From positions 959 through 64,958 of the forward strand of contig CANPYJ010000003.1 in the NCBI GenBank assembly GCA_947588275.1: a DNA stretch of 64,000 bases, in the 5' to 3' direction. The position numbers and the translations under genes are program-made. The notes beneath the pieces were generated by a model. The model made no database searches, was not told the origin of the DNA, and saw only the letters and a program-made list of their open reading frames with translations. How positions within the stretch are numbered: position 1 is the first letter of the stretch; each line of letters begins with the position of its first letter. Positions 1-7,599 of the stretch are shown one piece after another. This stretch comes from an uncultured Alphaproteobacteria bacterium. GTDB taxonomy: Bacteria > Pseudomonadota > Alphaproteobacteria > RF32 > CAG-239.

Positions 1-621
1 GCGGGCGTTGCCGCTTGCTTGTTTGCCGCGAATGCGAACGCTGCCGAAGTGAAACAATATGTTTCCGGCAAATTGAATTATTCGATTATGGATAATGGCA
101 TGAAAGACACAGACGCAGATGGTAGTACGGAGAAAGCAAATACTGATGACAATGTATTGGGCGGCAGCTTCGCTTATGGCGTTAAGGCCGACGCGGTAAG
201 AACCGAGCTTGAATTAAACCTGCATCAAAAAGCTGAAAAGAAACACGCTGCTACTGGTGAAGATGATGGTTCTTGGAAAAGCTCACTGGAAAACAACTCC
301 ATTATGTTGAACGCTTACTATGATATTGAGACGGGAACCAAATTTACGCCTTATGTCGGTGCCGGTGTCGGTTTGGCCCGCCTGAAAGCTAAAATAAAAC
401 AAGATGATGGGTCCGTTAGCAAAAGCGGCACAAATTTCGCTTGGCAGGTTGGCGCCGGCGTTGCTTATGCTGTGACAGACGACCTCTCTGTGGATCTGGG
501 TTATAGATACACCGACTCTGGCGATGTTACCAAAAAAGGAGTTAGTGAGGACGGAGCATGGAAAACCAAATTTGATTCCTCTGCTCATGAGATTTTGCTT
601 GGTGCCAGATACAGCTTCTAG
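1..621 (+). CDS. Outer-membrane beta-barrel protein (OmpA-like/Opa-type small barrel), 5' end outside window
   Basis: Frame is open from nt 1. AGVAACLFAANANA reads as the tail of a signal peptide. Alternating amphipathic strands and the C-terminal LGARYSF aromatic terminus fit an OMP barrel. A hairpin terminator follows. Confidence 0.6.
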   Translation, partial: AGVAACLFAANANAAEVKQYVSGKLNYSIMDNGMKDTDADGSTEKANTDDNVLGGSFAYGVKADAVRTELELNLHQKAEKKHAATGEDDGSWKSSLENNSIMLNAYYDIETGTKFTPYVGAGVGLARLKAKIKQDDGSVSKSGTNFAWQVGAGVAYAVTDDLSVDLGYRYTDSGDVTKKGVSEDGAWKTKFDSSAHEILLGARYSF

Positions 622-654
622 TTTGACCAAAGCAAGTTTCGTTTCATAAAGTTT

Positions 655-687
655 GAGGCGGGATGGCAGTATCCCGCCTTTTTTTTT
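655..687 (+). terminator. Rho-independent terminator after the OMP gene
   Basis: Stem GGCGGGAT / ATCCCGCC (657-664 / 671-678) followed by a run of 9 T. Confidence 0.7.
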
Positions 688-714
688 GCTTTGCACATAA
701 CCTGCATTTTTGTG

Positions 715-742
715 TTGTTTGCCACCGCCAAACGAGTATAAT
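715..742 (+). promoter_or_regulatory. Candidate sigma70 promoter for the SPFH gene
   Basis: TTGTTT, 16 nt spacer, then a perfect TATAAT at 737-742. GAGGAG Shine-Dalgarno lies before the ATG at 778. Confidence 0.4.
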
Positions 743-777
743 GGCGGCAACGATATTTTATTGCCGAGGAGAAAACC

Positions 778-1530
778 ATGGATCCGCTGCTTTCCACTCT
801 GTTGCCGCTTTTGTTCGTGTTCATTGTCTTTATCGCGATTCCGGGGTTTCGGATTGTGATGCAATATCAAAAAGGCATCGTCTTTACGCTCGGCCGCTAT
901 ACCAGCACTCGCAATCCCGGTCTGCGTTGGATTATTCCCTATGTTCAAACGATGCAAAAAATTGACATGCGGATTATGACGGTCGACGTTCCCAAGCAGG
1001 AAGTCATGACCAAAGACAACATACCGGTCAATATCAACGCCGTCGTCTATTTTAAGGTAACCAACCCCGAAAACGCGGTTATTCAGATTTCCAACTACAT
1101 TTTCGCCGTCATCCAACAAAGCCAGTCGGCGCTCAAAGACGTTATCGGAACCAACGATTTGGACACCATCTTGTCCGAGCGCAAACGCATCGGCGAAGAG
1201 ATTAAAAACATCGTCGACCTTACCACCGACAAATGGGGAATTGACATTGAGGCAATCAACGTGCAGGAAATCGAGCTGCCCGAAGACATGAAGCGCGCCA
1301 TGGCCAAACAAGCCGAAGCCGAGCGCAATCGGCGGGCGATGATTATCGCCGCGCAGGGCGAAGTGGAGTCGGCGCAAAAGATGCTTGAAGCCGCGCAAAC
1401 CCTCGAGAAAAGTCCGGTTACCATGCAACTCAAAACCCTTCAGACAATCAAAGACATTTCGGCGGCGCCGTCACAAAAAATTGCCCTCTTTCCGCTGGAA
1501 ATCGCCGGCTGGTTCGGCGGCAAAAAATAA
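778..1530 (+). CDS. SPFH/band-7 (stomatin-like, slipin) membrane protein
   Basis: N-terminal TM helix followed by a stomatin-type core (VDVPKQEVMTKDNIPVNINAVVYFKV, IEAINVQEIELPEDMKRAMAKQAEAER). Strong SD. Confidence 0.85.
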   Translation: MDPLLSTLLPLLFVFIVFIAIPGFRIVMQYQKGIVFTLGRYTSTRNPGLRWIIPYVQTMQKIDMRIMTVDVPKQEVMTKDNIPVNINAVVYFKVTNPENAVIQISNYIFAVIQQSQSALKDVIGTNDLDTILSERKRIGEEIKNIVDLTTDKWGIDIEAINVQEIELPEDMKRAMAKQAEAERNRRAMIIAAQGEVESAQKMLEAAQTLEKSPVTMQLKTLQTIKDISAAPSQKIALFPLEIAGWFGGKK

Positions 1531-1533
1531 ATC

Positions 1534-2529
1534 ATGTCCGCCCGTTCCTTAGCCACCCTGCTTCTGGATTGGTATGCCCGTTGCGGCCGCGATCTGCCAT
1601 GGCGGACAAAAGGCGGCGCGCACCCCGACCCTTATGTGGTGCTGGTCTCCGAGTTTATGCTCCAGCAAACCACCGTCAAAACCGTCATCCCGTATTTTGC
1701 CCGATTTATGAGTCGTTTTCCGACGCTTAAATCCTTGGCTGACGCTGACATCGAAGACGTCTATGCCTGCTGGCAAGGGCTCGGCTACTACACGCGCGCC
1801 CGCTCGCTGCACGCCTCGGCGCAAATGATTGCGGCCGCCGGCCAATGGCCGCAGACACCTGCCGAAGCGCTGCGGCTCAAGGGTTTCGGGAATTATACCG
1901 CGGCCAGTTTTGTAGCTCTGGCATTCAACCGTCCGGCCGTGGTGGTGGACGGCAACGTACGTCGCATTATGTGCCGGATGTTCGCCCTCAACCCCCAAAA
2001 TTCCGACTTTGAAAACACTGTATTTAAATCCGCGGCCAAAATCTCCGATACCGAACACGCGGCCGATTACGCTTCCGCCCTTATGGATTTGGGCGCCTTA
2101 ATCTGCACCCCAAAAAAACCGCAGTGTCGCGTTTGTCCGTGGCAGCGCCGCTGCCTCTCGGCCGGCCGACCGGACATTGAGCAAATTTTGCCTCATACCA
2201 AACCCGAAAAAAAGCTCAGATTCGGCACCGTGCGGCTCATTTTCAACCCTCGCGGCGAGGTTTTTATCCGTCGCCGCACCGAAAAAGGCCTGCTCTCCGG
2301 TCTGTGGGAATTTCCGTGGACGGACAACGAACCGCCTTTTGCCGCCGAGACTTGCGTCACTCACACCTTTACGCACATCCGCCTCACCCTCAGGCTCAGC
2401 GAACGCCGCGCCACCGCCGCGCCGACCGAAGGCGTCTTTGTATCGCCGGCCGAACTTGCCCGCTATCCCCTCTCTACCCTCATGAAAAAAGTTTGGCGCG
2501 CTCATCTCAAATCGGCGGCAAAATCTTAA
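1534..2529 (+). CDS. mutY: A/G-specific adenine DNA glycosylase
   Basis: LLDWYARCGRDLPWR N-terminus, HhH region (GLGYYTRAR), 4Fe-4S loop C-x6-C-x2-C-x5-C (CTPKKPQCRVCPWQRRC), and a NUDIX-like C-terminal domain. Confidence 0.85.
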   Translation: MSARSLATLLLDWYARCGRDLPWRTKGGAHPDPYVVLVSEFMLQQTTVKTVIPYFARFMSRFPTLKSLADADIEDVYACWQGLGYYTRARSLHASAQMIAAAGQWPQTPAEALRLKGFGNYTAASFVALAFNRPAVVVDGNVRRIMCRMFALNPQNSDFENTVFKSAAKISDTEHAADYASALMDLGALICTPKKPQCRVCPWQRRCLSAGRPDIEQILPHTKPEKKLRFGTVRLIFNPRGEVFIRRRTEKGLLSGLWEFPWTDNEPPFAAETCVTHTFTHIRLTLRLSERRATAAPTEGVFVSPAELARYPLSTLMKKVWRAHLKSAAKS

Positions 2530-2603
2530 CAGATTCTTTTTGCTGGAAATTTTTAAAAAAAGGATTATAATATATTTCGTTATCCTTTTTAAGGGAGGAT
2601 TCT

Positions 2604-2780
2604 ATGGAGTATATCGAGACCACAATGGAAACACTCAAAATCCAGCATGCCGCGCTCGATTCCGCCATTCAGGAAGAAGAAAGCCACGTCTGGAAAAATA
2701 TGATTCGAATAGAGCAGCTCAAGAAAGAAAAGCTCCGCAAAAAAGATGAGATGCTGCGCAGAACCTTGCAGGCTCAATAA
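2604..2780 (+). CDS. DUF465 (YdcH-like) small coiled-coil protein, 58 aa; below the ORF-track cutoff
   Basis: My own translation: MEYIETTMETLKIQHAALDSAIQEEESHVWKNMIRIEQLKKEKLRKKDEMLRRTLQAQ. AGGGAGGA SD sits 5 nt upstream. The H..L...I ... LKKEKLRKKDE pattern is typical of DUF465. A terminator follows. Confidence 0.6.
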   Translation: MEYIETTMETLKIQHAALDSAIQEEESHVWKNMIRIEQLKKEKLRKKDEMLRRTLQAQ

Positions 2781-2803
2781 ACTCAAAAATTCCCAACCAA
2801 ACG

Positions 2804-2830
2804 AAACGGCCTCGAAACGAGGCCGTTTTT
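2804..2830. terminator. Hairpin terminator between convergent genes
   Basis: ACGGCCTCG-AAA-CGAGGCCGT stem-loop followed by TTTTT. Confidence 0.7.
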
Positions 2831-2837
2831 CGTCGTC

Positions 2838-4085
2838 TTATTTTTTATAAATCGTCCGCGGCGCATTTTGACTAAGCAGCTTCTGCACATAACGCCCCTG
2901 ATACAGGTTTATGCCCAGCGAATTCCCCGCCTCTATCGCCTGCGGATCGTCTATCCGACACAAAATCATCTTGGCGCGCTCGGAACGATTGACATAATCC
3001 ATAAAATGCCCGTCTTCATTGACCACGTCCATAAAACTCGGATGCCAGATAATCTTCATCAAGTCGCAGTCCAAATTGGCGCGGTTCAGATATTTGAGCT
3101 TGTCAACCGTAATTCCGTCTATGCAGACCTTATAGCCTCGCGCCTTGGCAAACGTGCGCGCCAACACAAAGGCCTTGATGTCGCTGAATATGTCTACCAG
3201 CTGCAGCTCCAAAATAATCGTGGAGCGCATCGACACATTGATATTATCGTCAAACTCCAAAAAATCGTCGGACAAGATGGTCGAAACATTGATATTAATG
3301 CTGAAATTGCCGATTAGCGAACCATCGTCATGGCGGCTGATTGTCTCCATTACCCGCTTGTCCAAAGTCTCGCTCAAAGCCAAAAACAACCACGGATTAG
3401 ACGTCAGGTCGACATCAGGCAGCAGCATGTCGCGCAAATCGGGAATAGCCACATACACTTCTTCAAACACGCGCTGCGGAGCCGATTTTCCGATAATGGC
3501 ACAGACCGACTGTCGACGAATAAAGCTTGAAAAATCGGCCACCGACAAAATCTTTTGCACCTTGCCAAGCATTTCAGCCGTCAATCCGCGCTTGGGCCGG
3601 CGAGCCGAATTTCCCGAAGTCGCAGAAACCGCCGTAACCGTCGGTGCAACTGCCGCGGGGTTCTTTTGCGTTTCGGCAAGGTTCTTGACCAACTGCCACA
3701 ACTCCACCGATTGCTGCGGCAGATTATAAATCGTGGCAAACCCGATGCCGGACAAATCGTCGGCGTCCTTAATCAGCGGATCGGTGTGAAACATAAACCG
3801 AACCTTCACCAAACACGACAAAATTTCATCGTGCATCCGCGGAGCAAACACAATAAGCATATCGTCGTTGCACAAAGAAAATATCTTAAAATCGTTGGAA
3901 AGCGTGACAAACATTTCTGTCATGGCGCGCCGAGTCATCACGTTCAGGCTGCCGGCCTGCAGTTTGTGCAGACTCAAAAGCAGAGCTTCGGCCTCAGATT
4001 TTCCTTGCTCTATTTTTTTCAAGAATTCAAATACTTGAAAATCCCGCCGCTCGGAATAATTGCCTTCCTGTGTACCCTCCGTCAT
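2838..4085 (-). CDS. Cytoplasmic protein with degenerate GGDEF-like and EAL-like domains (paralog B)
   Basis: 415 aa with an ATG start. KIFSLCNDDMLIVF aligns to the RxGGDEF strand. FSININVS, IILELQLVD, CIDGITVDKLKYL, LMKIIW, ILCRIDDPQAIEAG and YQGRY align to the EAL-domain blocks NxS, ExTE, DDFGTG, KxD, EGVE and QGY. A paralog lies 4 nt upstream. Confidence 0.55.
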   Translation of the reverse strand: MTEGTQEGNYSERRDFQVFEFLKKIEQGKSEAEALLLSLHKLQAGSLNVMTRRAMTEMFVTLSNDFKIFSLCNDDMLIVFAPRMHDEILSCLVKVRFMFHTDPLIKDADDLSGIGFATIYNLPQQSVELWQLVKNLAETQKNPAAVAPTVTAVSATSGNSARRPKRGLTAEMLGKVQKILSVADFSSFIRRQSVCAIIGKSAPQRVFEEVYVAIPDLRDMLLPDVDLTSNPWLFLALSETLDKRVMETISRHDDGSLIGNFSININVSTILSDDFLEFDDNINVSMRSTIILELQLVDIFSDIKAFVLARTFAKARGYKVCIDGITVDKLKYLNRANLDCDLMKIIWHPSFMDVVNEDGHFMDYVNRSERAKMILCRIDDPQAIEAGNSLGINLYQGRYVQKLLSQNAPRTIYKK

Positions 4086-4089
4086 CTCT

Positions 4090-5367
4090 CTATCCTAGCA
4101 TTTTTTCCAGATATTCCTTTTGCGGACATTGTTCGCGGAATTGTCCGGCCACCAACCGCCGCCGTTTCAAACAATCAATCGCCGTACAGCCTTTTCCATT
4201 GGGGCATTGCGCCTTAATCAGCGAGATTTCGAGCGTGTCGATATACGGCCCCTGATAATTTTTGAGCCCATACCCCATGCCGAACCGCAACGCCTCAGCA
4301 TCTGAACATTTGGCCAGAATGACATTGTCAACGCCAAACTCGGCAATAAATTTTTTGAAATCCTGATTGTTGGTATTATGAGCCGTCAGCGGCTCCCAAA
4401 AAAACTTGACCATGTCCGGCTGCAGCCGCATCACATTGAGCATATGCAAAGTTTCTATCGACATTCCGTCCAGCAAAACCAAATGCCCTTTTTGGTGCAG
4501 CAGATTCCGTACTTCAAAATACTGGTTCAGATTGTTCACGACATCCATCAGCTGCACTTCGGCAATGAGCGTATGCCCCTTGCTCAAGAACTTTTGCTCA
4601 AACGCCGTAAACTCCGGCGAATAAATTGTCGTCAAATTCAAATTCAAGCCGATTCGCTGCGGCCACCTGACAATATCGGCCGTCTCAAAAGAGGCCAATG
4701 TCTTTTTGTCGAGTTCCTGAGACAAATACAAAAAAAGCCATTTGTTTCCCGACAAATCGATCATCCGGTCATAGCGCCGGCTCAAGTCTTTGACCGCGAC
4801 AAAAAATTCCTGAAACAATGTCTTAAAGTTATTGGCGCCCTCAATCCGCATAGCGCTCTGACGTTTAATTATCTGCGCAATATCAATGTTATTGAGGTGG
4901 GCAACCACGCCGTCAATCTCCGAGGCATCAACCGGCCGCCGCAAATCTTCATCTTCGGTCGTGGCGCCTTGCGTCATCAAGGCTTCAATTTGCTGATAAA
5001 CTTTGGCAAAATCATCGGGAAAGTCATAAAGATGGGTAAATTCGGCGTCGCTGTCGCCGTTGAGCAGCGGGTCGGAGGCCAAGCCCAAGCGCAGTTTCCC
5101 GACCGCGTCTTCAACCTTTTCCGGCATAATATTGCGCCCCAAAATCACAAAGTCTCCGTTGCTCAGCACCACTACCGTTCCGTCAGCGGCATTGACCATA
5201 TCTTCAAACATCTTGGCAATGATTTTCACAAACGAAGCGTGCCGGTTTTTGGGTTTGAGTTTAGAGACCGCCACATACAAAAGCGCATAAGCCGACTGGC
5301 TGCGGGAAACCCTGTTAAGAGAATCCAGCAAATATTTTTCCGCGCCGAAATTTCCGCCCTTGGCCAT
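4090..5367 (-). CDS. Cytoplasmic protein with degenerate GGDEF-like and EAL-like domains plus a C-terminal 4-Cys tail (paralog A)
   Basis: 425 aa. LNR...ALLYVAVSKLK...VVVLSNGDFVILG follows a GGDEF-like layout. LNLNLT, LIAEVQLMD, LLDGMSIETLHML, MVKFFW, ILAKCSDAEALRFG and YQGPY follow an EAL-like layout. Tail is CPNGKGCTAIDC...C. Confidence 0.55.
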   Translation of the reverse strand: MAKGGNFGAEKYLLDSLNRVSRSQSAYALLYVAVSKLKPKNRHASFVKIIAKMFEDMVNAADGTVVVLSNGDFVILGRNIMPEKVEDAVGKLRLGLASDPLLNGDSDAEFTHLYDFPDDFAKVYQQIEALMTQGATTEDEDLRRPVDASEIDGVVAHLNNIDIAQIIKRQSAMRIEGANNFKTLFQEFFVAVKDLSRRYDRMIDLSGNKWLFLYLSQELDKKTLASFETADIVRWPQRIGLNLNLTTIYSPEFTAFEQKFLSKGHTLIAEVQLMDVVNNLNQYFEVRNLLHQKGHLVLLDGMSIETLHMLNVMRLQPDMVKFFWEPLTAHNTNNQDFKKFIAEFGVDNVILAKCSDAEALRFGMGYGLKNYQGPYIDTLEISLIKAQCPNGKGCTAIDCLKRRRLVAGQFREQCPQKEYLEKMLG

Positions 5368-5468
5368 TACTCAGAGTCGCACCTTTCATTTACATTCTTA
5401 ACCATAATAATCTCGCTTTGGCGCAAGAGCAAGCAAATATCTGCATTTTTCCTTATGAAATATTGTTG

Positions 5469-5497
5469 TTGCGTTTTTATAAACGGACTGATATACT
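5469..5497 (+). promoter_or_regulatory. Candidate sigma70 promoter for the hydrogenase cassette
   Basis: TTGCGT, 17 nt spacer, TATACT. It lies 35 nt upstream of the ferredoxin ATG at 5532. Confidence 0.35.
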
Positions 5498-5531
5498 TTG
5501 GAAAAATAATTTCAACATGATTGAGGGAAAA

Positions 5532-5780
5532 ATGACGGCGCAAATAAAAATTTGTATGGGAAGCTCCTGTTTTGCCCGAGGCAATTCCAAAAACCTGCAA
5601 ATCATCCAGCAGTTTCTGGAAAAAAACGGTTTGGAAGCCGAGGTCGAGCTTTCCGGTTTGCGCTGTTGCGACAATTGTTCCAAAGGCCCCAACATCAATA
5701 TTGACGGCACCGAATACAACAATATTGACAGCGGCACCCTGCCCGACATTTTGGAAAAACATTTCAACCTCAGTCGCTGA
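5532..5780 (+). CDS. Thioredoxin-like [2Fe-2S] ferredoxin (NuoE/HydC-like), 82 aa
   Basis: Start chosen at the internal ATG after a GAGGGA SD. Cys pattern is C-x4-C (CMGSSC) ... C-x3-C (CDNC) with GPNINIDG, as in NuoE-type 2Fe-2S proteins. Confidence 0.7.
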   Translation: MTAQIKICMGSSCFARGNSKNLQIIQQFLEKNGLEAEVELSGLRCCDNCSKGPNINIDGTEYNNIDSGTLPDILEKHFNLSR

Positions 5781-5814
5781 TACGAACCTGCCTTCCTTGG
5801 GAATTTGAACAAAT

Positions 5815-7599
5815 ATGTCAAATCGAGACTATCCGCTTCATACTGTCAAAACCGATTGTCAGGACTGTTACAAATGCGTGCGCCGCTGCCCTGTCAAAGC
5901 CATCAAAATTGAAGACAATTCGGCCATGATTGTGCCGGAGCTCTGCATTGCCTGCGGCATCTGCTATCGGGTTTGTCCGGCCAAAGCCAAGCAACCGCGC
6001 GGCGACCTGAGCCGCGCCAAATATCTGGTCTCGCAGAACAAAAAAATTTATGTTTCGCTGGCGCCTTCATGGATCAGCGAGTTTCCCGAATATACCGCCG
6101 GCCAGCTGATTGCCGCCATTCGCCGCCTTGGCATCTGCGGCGTCAGTGAAACCGCCTTGGGCGCCCAGGAAGTTACCAGCCGGACGGTAGAAATTTTGCG
6201 TGATTCGGCCGCCAAAGGCGAAAACAAACTTTTTATCTCCACCGCCTGTCCGGCCGTGGTTGAATATGTCGAAAAATACCTGCCCGATCTGGTACCCTGC
6301 CTCACGCCGGTATTGTCGCCCCTGCTGGCTCACTGCCGAATAATCAAAGAAAAATTCGGACCCTCTGCCGAAACCTTGTTTATCGGCCCCTGCATTGCCA
6401 AAAAACTCGAAGCCGACCGCCATCCGGACCTTTTGAGTTTGGCCATCAGCTTTGCCGACTTGCGGCAATGGCTCAAGGAAGAAAACATCAATCCGGCAGC
6501 GCTCACGCCGGGAGTATACGACACTTTTGTCATCGACAAAGCGCAGGAAGGCACCATCTATCCGCTAGAAGGCGGCATGCTTGAGACGATTCGGGCTTAT
6601 CGACCGGACAATGTCTACGCCGCGCAGATTACCGGCATTATCAACATCCAAAAAGAATTGACCGCTTTTGACGCGAATTCTTTAGACCGTCCCGTATTTT
6701 TGGAATGTTTGGCCTGCTATGGCGGATGTTTGGCCGGCCCCTGCACGGTCAACCGGCAAGCCGGTCTGCAAAAACGCCTGCAAATTGTCAATCAGGCGCC
6801 GTTTAGCGAAGAATCCGGCAAACGCCGGCCGCAATACAACATTTTTGCGGCCTACACGCCGCAACCTCTGGCCGAAGAAGAACAGTTTTCGGACGCCGAT
6901 ATCCGCCAAGCGCTGATGAAAATCGGCAAATTTTCGGTTGAAGACGAACTCAACTGCAACGGTTGCGGCTATGACACCTGCCGCAATTTTGCCCGTGCTC
7001 TGCTTTGCGGCAAAGCTGAGCCCGAAATGTGCGTTTCGCACATGAAACAACAGGCGCAGCGCAAAGCCAACGCTCTTATCCGCTGCATTCCGTCACCGAT
7101 TGTGATTGCCGATTCCAAGCTCAACATTATCGAGTATAACGACCTTTTCCGCGATGCTTTCTGGAACGAGGAAGAACACGCCGAAATATACGATTACAAC
7201 AATCTCCGCGGCGCCAACCTGCGCGACTTCGTCAGCTTTACCAACCTTTTCTCGGCCTCGCTGGAACTCAAACAAGACATTCACAAAGAACATGTCCGGC
7301 AAGACGACAAAACTTATGACGTGGTTGTCTTTAACATTGACAACAAACAAAGCGTGGGCGGCATTATTGAAGATGTAACCAACGCCGAAGTGCACAATGA
7401 GCAGATTGCCGCCAAAGCGCGCGAAGTCATTCGCAAAAATCTGGCCACCGTACAGCAGATTGCCTGCACTCTGGGTGAACACATGGCTGAAACCGAAGTT
7501 TTGCTGCGTTCCATTGCCAAGGACTATGCGGCGGAAGACGCCGAAGCCGAAAAACTAAAGTTCCATACCAACTCGACTGAAGGAAAGCTGTCCCGATGA
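5815..7599 (+). CDS. hydS: Putative sensory [FeFe]-hydrogenase (HydS-like): 2x[4Fe-4S] domain, H-cluster domain, 4-Cys motif and PAS-like tail
   Basis: Two CxxCxxCxxxCP motifs at the N-terminus. H-domain motifs are FISTACP (variant of TSCCP), FIGPCIAKKLE and LECLACYGGCLAGPC. These are followed by CNGCGYDTCRNFARALLC...C and a PAS-like C-terminus. Confidence 0.8.
   Translation: MSNRDYPLHTVKTDCQDCYKCVRRCPVKAIKIEDNSAMIVPELCIACGICYRVCPAKAKQPRGDLSRAKYLVSQNKKIYVSLAPSWISEFPEYTAGQLIAAIRRLGICGVSETALGAQEVTSRTVEILRDSAAKGENKLFISTACPAVVEYVEKYLPDLVPCLTPVLSPLLAHCRIIKEKFGPSAETLFIGPCIAKKLEADRHPDLLSLAISFADLRQWLKEENINPAALTPGVYDTFVIDKAQEGTIYPLEGGMLETIRAYRPDNVYAAQITGIINIQKELTAFDANSLDRPVFLECLACYGGCLAGPCTVNRQAGLQKRLQIVNQAPFSEESGKRRPQYNIFAAYTPQPLAEEEQFSDADIRQALMKIGKFSVEDELNCNGCGYDTCRNFARALLCGKAEPEMCVSHMKQQAQRKANALIRCIPSPIVIADSKLNIIEYNDLFRDAFWNEEEHAEIYDYNNLRGANLRDFVSFTNLFSASLELKQDIHKEHVRQDDKTYDVVVFNIDNKQSVGGIIEDVTNAEVHNEQIAAKAREVIRKNLATVQQIACTLGEHMAETEVLLRSIAKDYAAEDAEAEKLKFHTNSTEGKLSR

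Noticed and set aside
283-1428. 381-aa minus-strand ORF spanning the OMP and SPFH genes.
   Set aside because: It is antisense to two genes with clear family motifs, SDs and terminators. Its product is low-complexity with no motif, so it is a shadow ORF.
4378-5520. 380-aa plus-strand ORF.
   Set aside because: It is antisense to the 425-aa GGDEF-EAL-like gene. The product is R/Q/H-rich and reads as nonsense, there is no SD, and it runs across the divergent promoter region.
5368-5531. Rex-type (TTGTGAA-n6-TTCACAA) operator upstream of the hydrogenase cassette.
   Set aside because: Only weak half-site resemblance (TTATGAAATATTGTTG) is present, with no palindromic partner.
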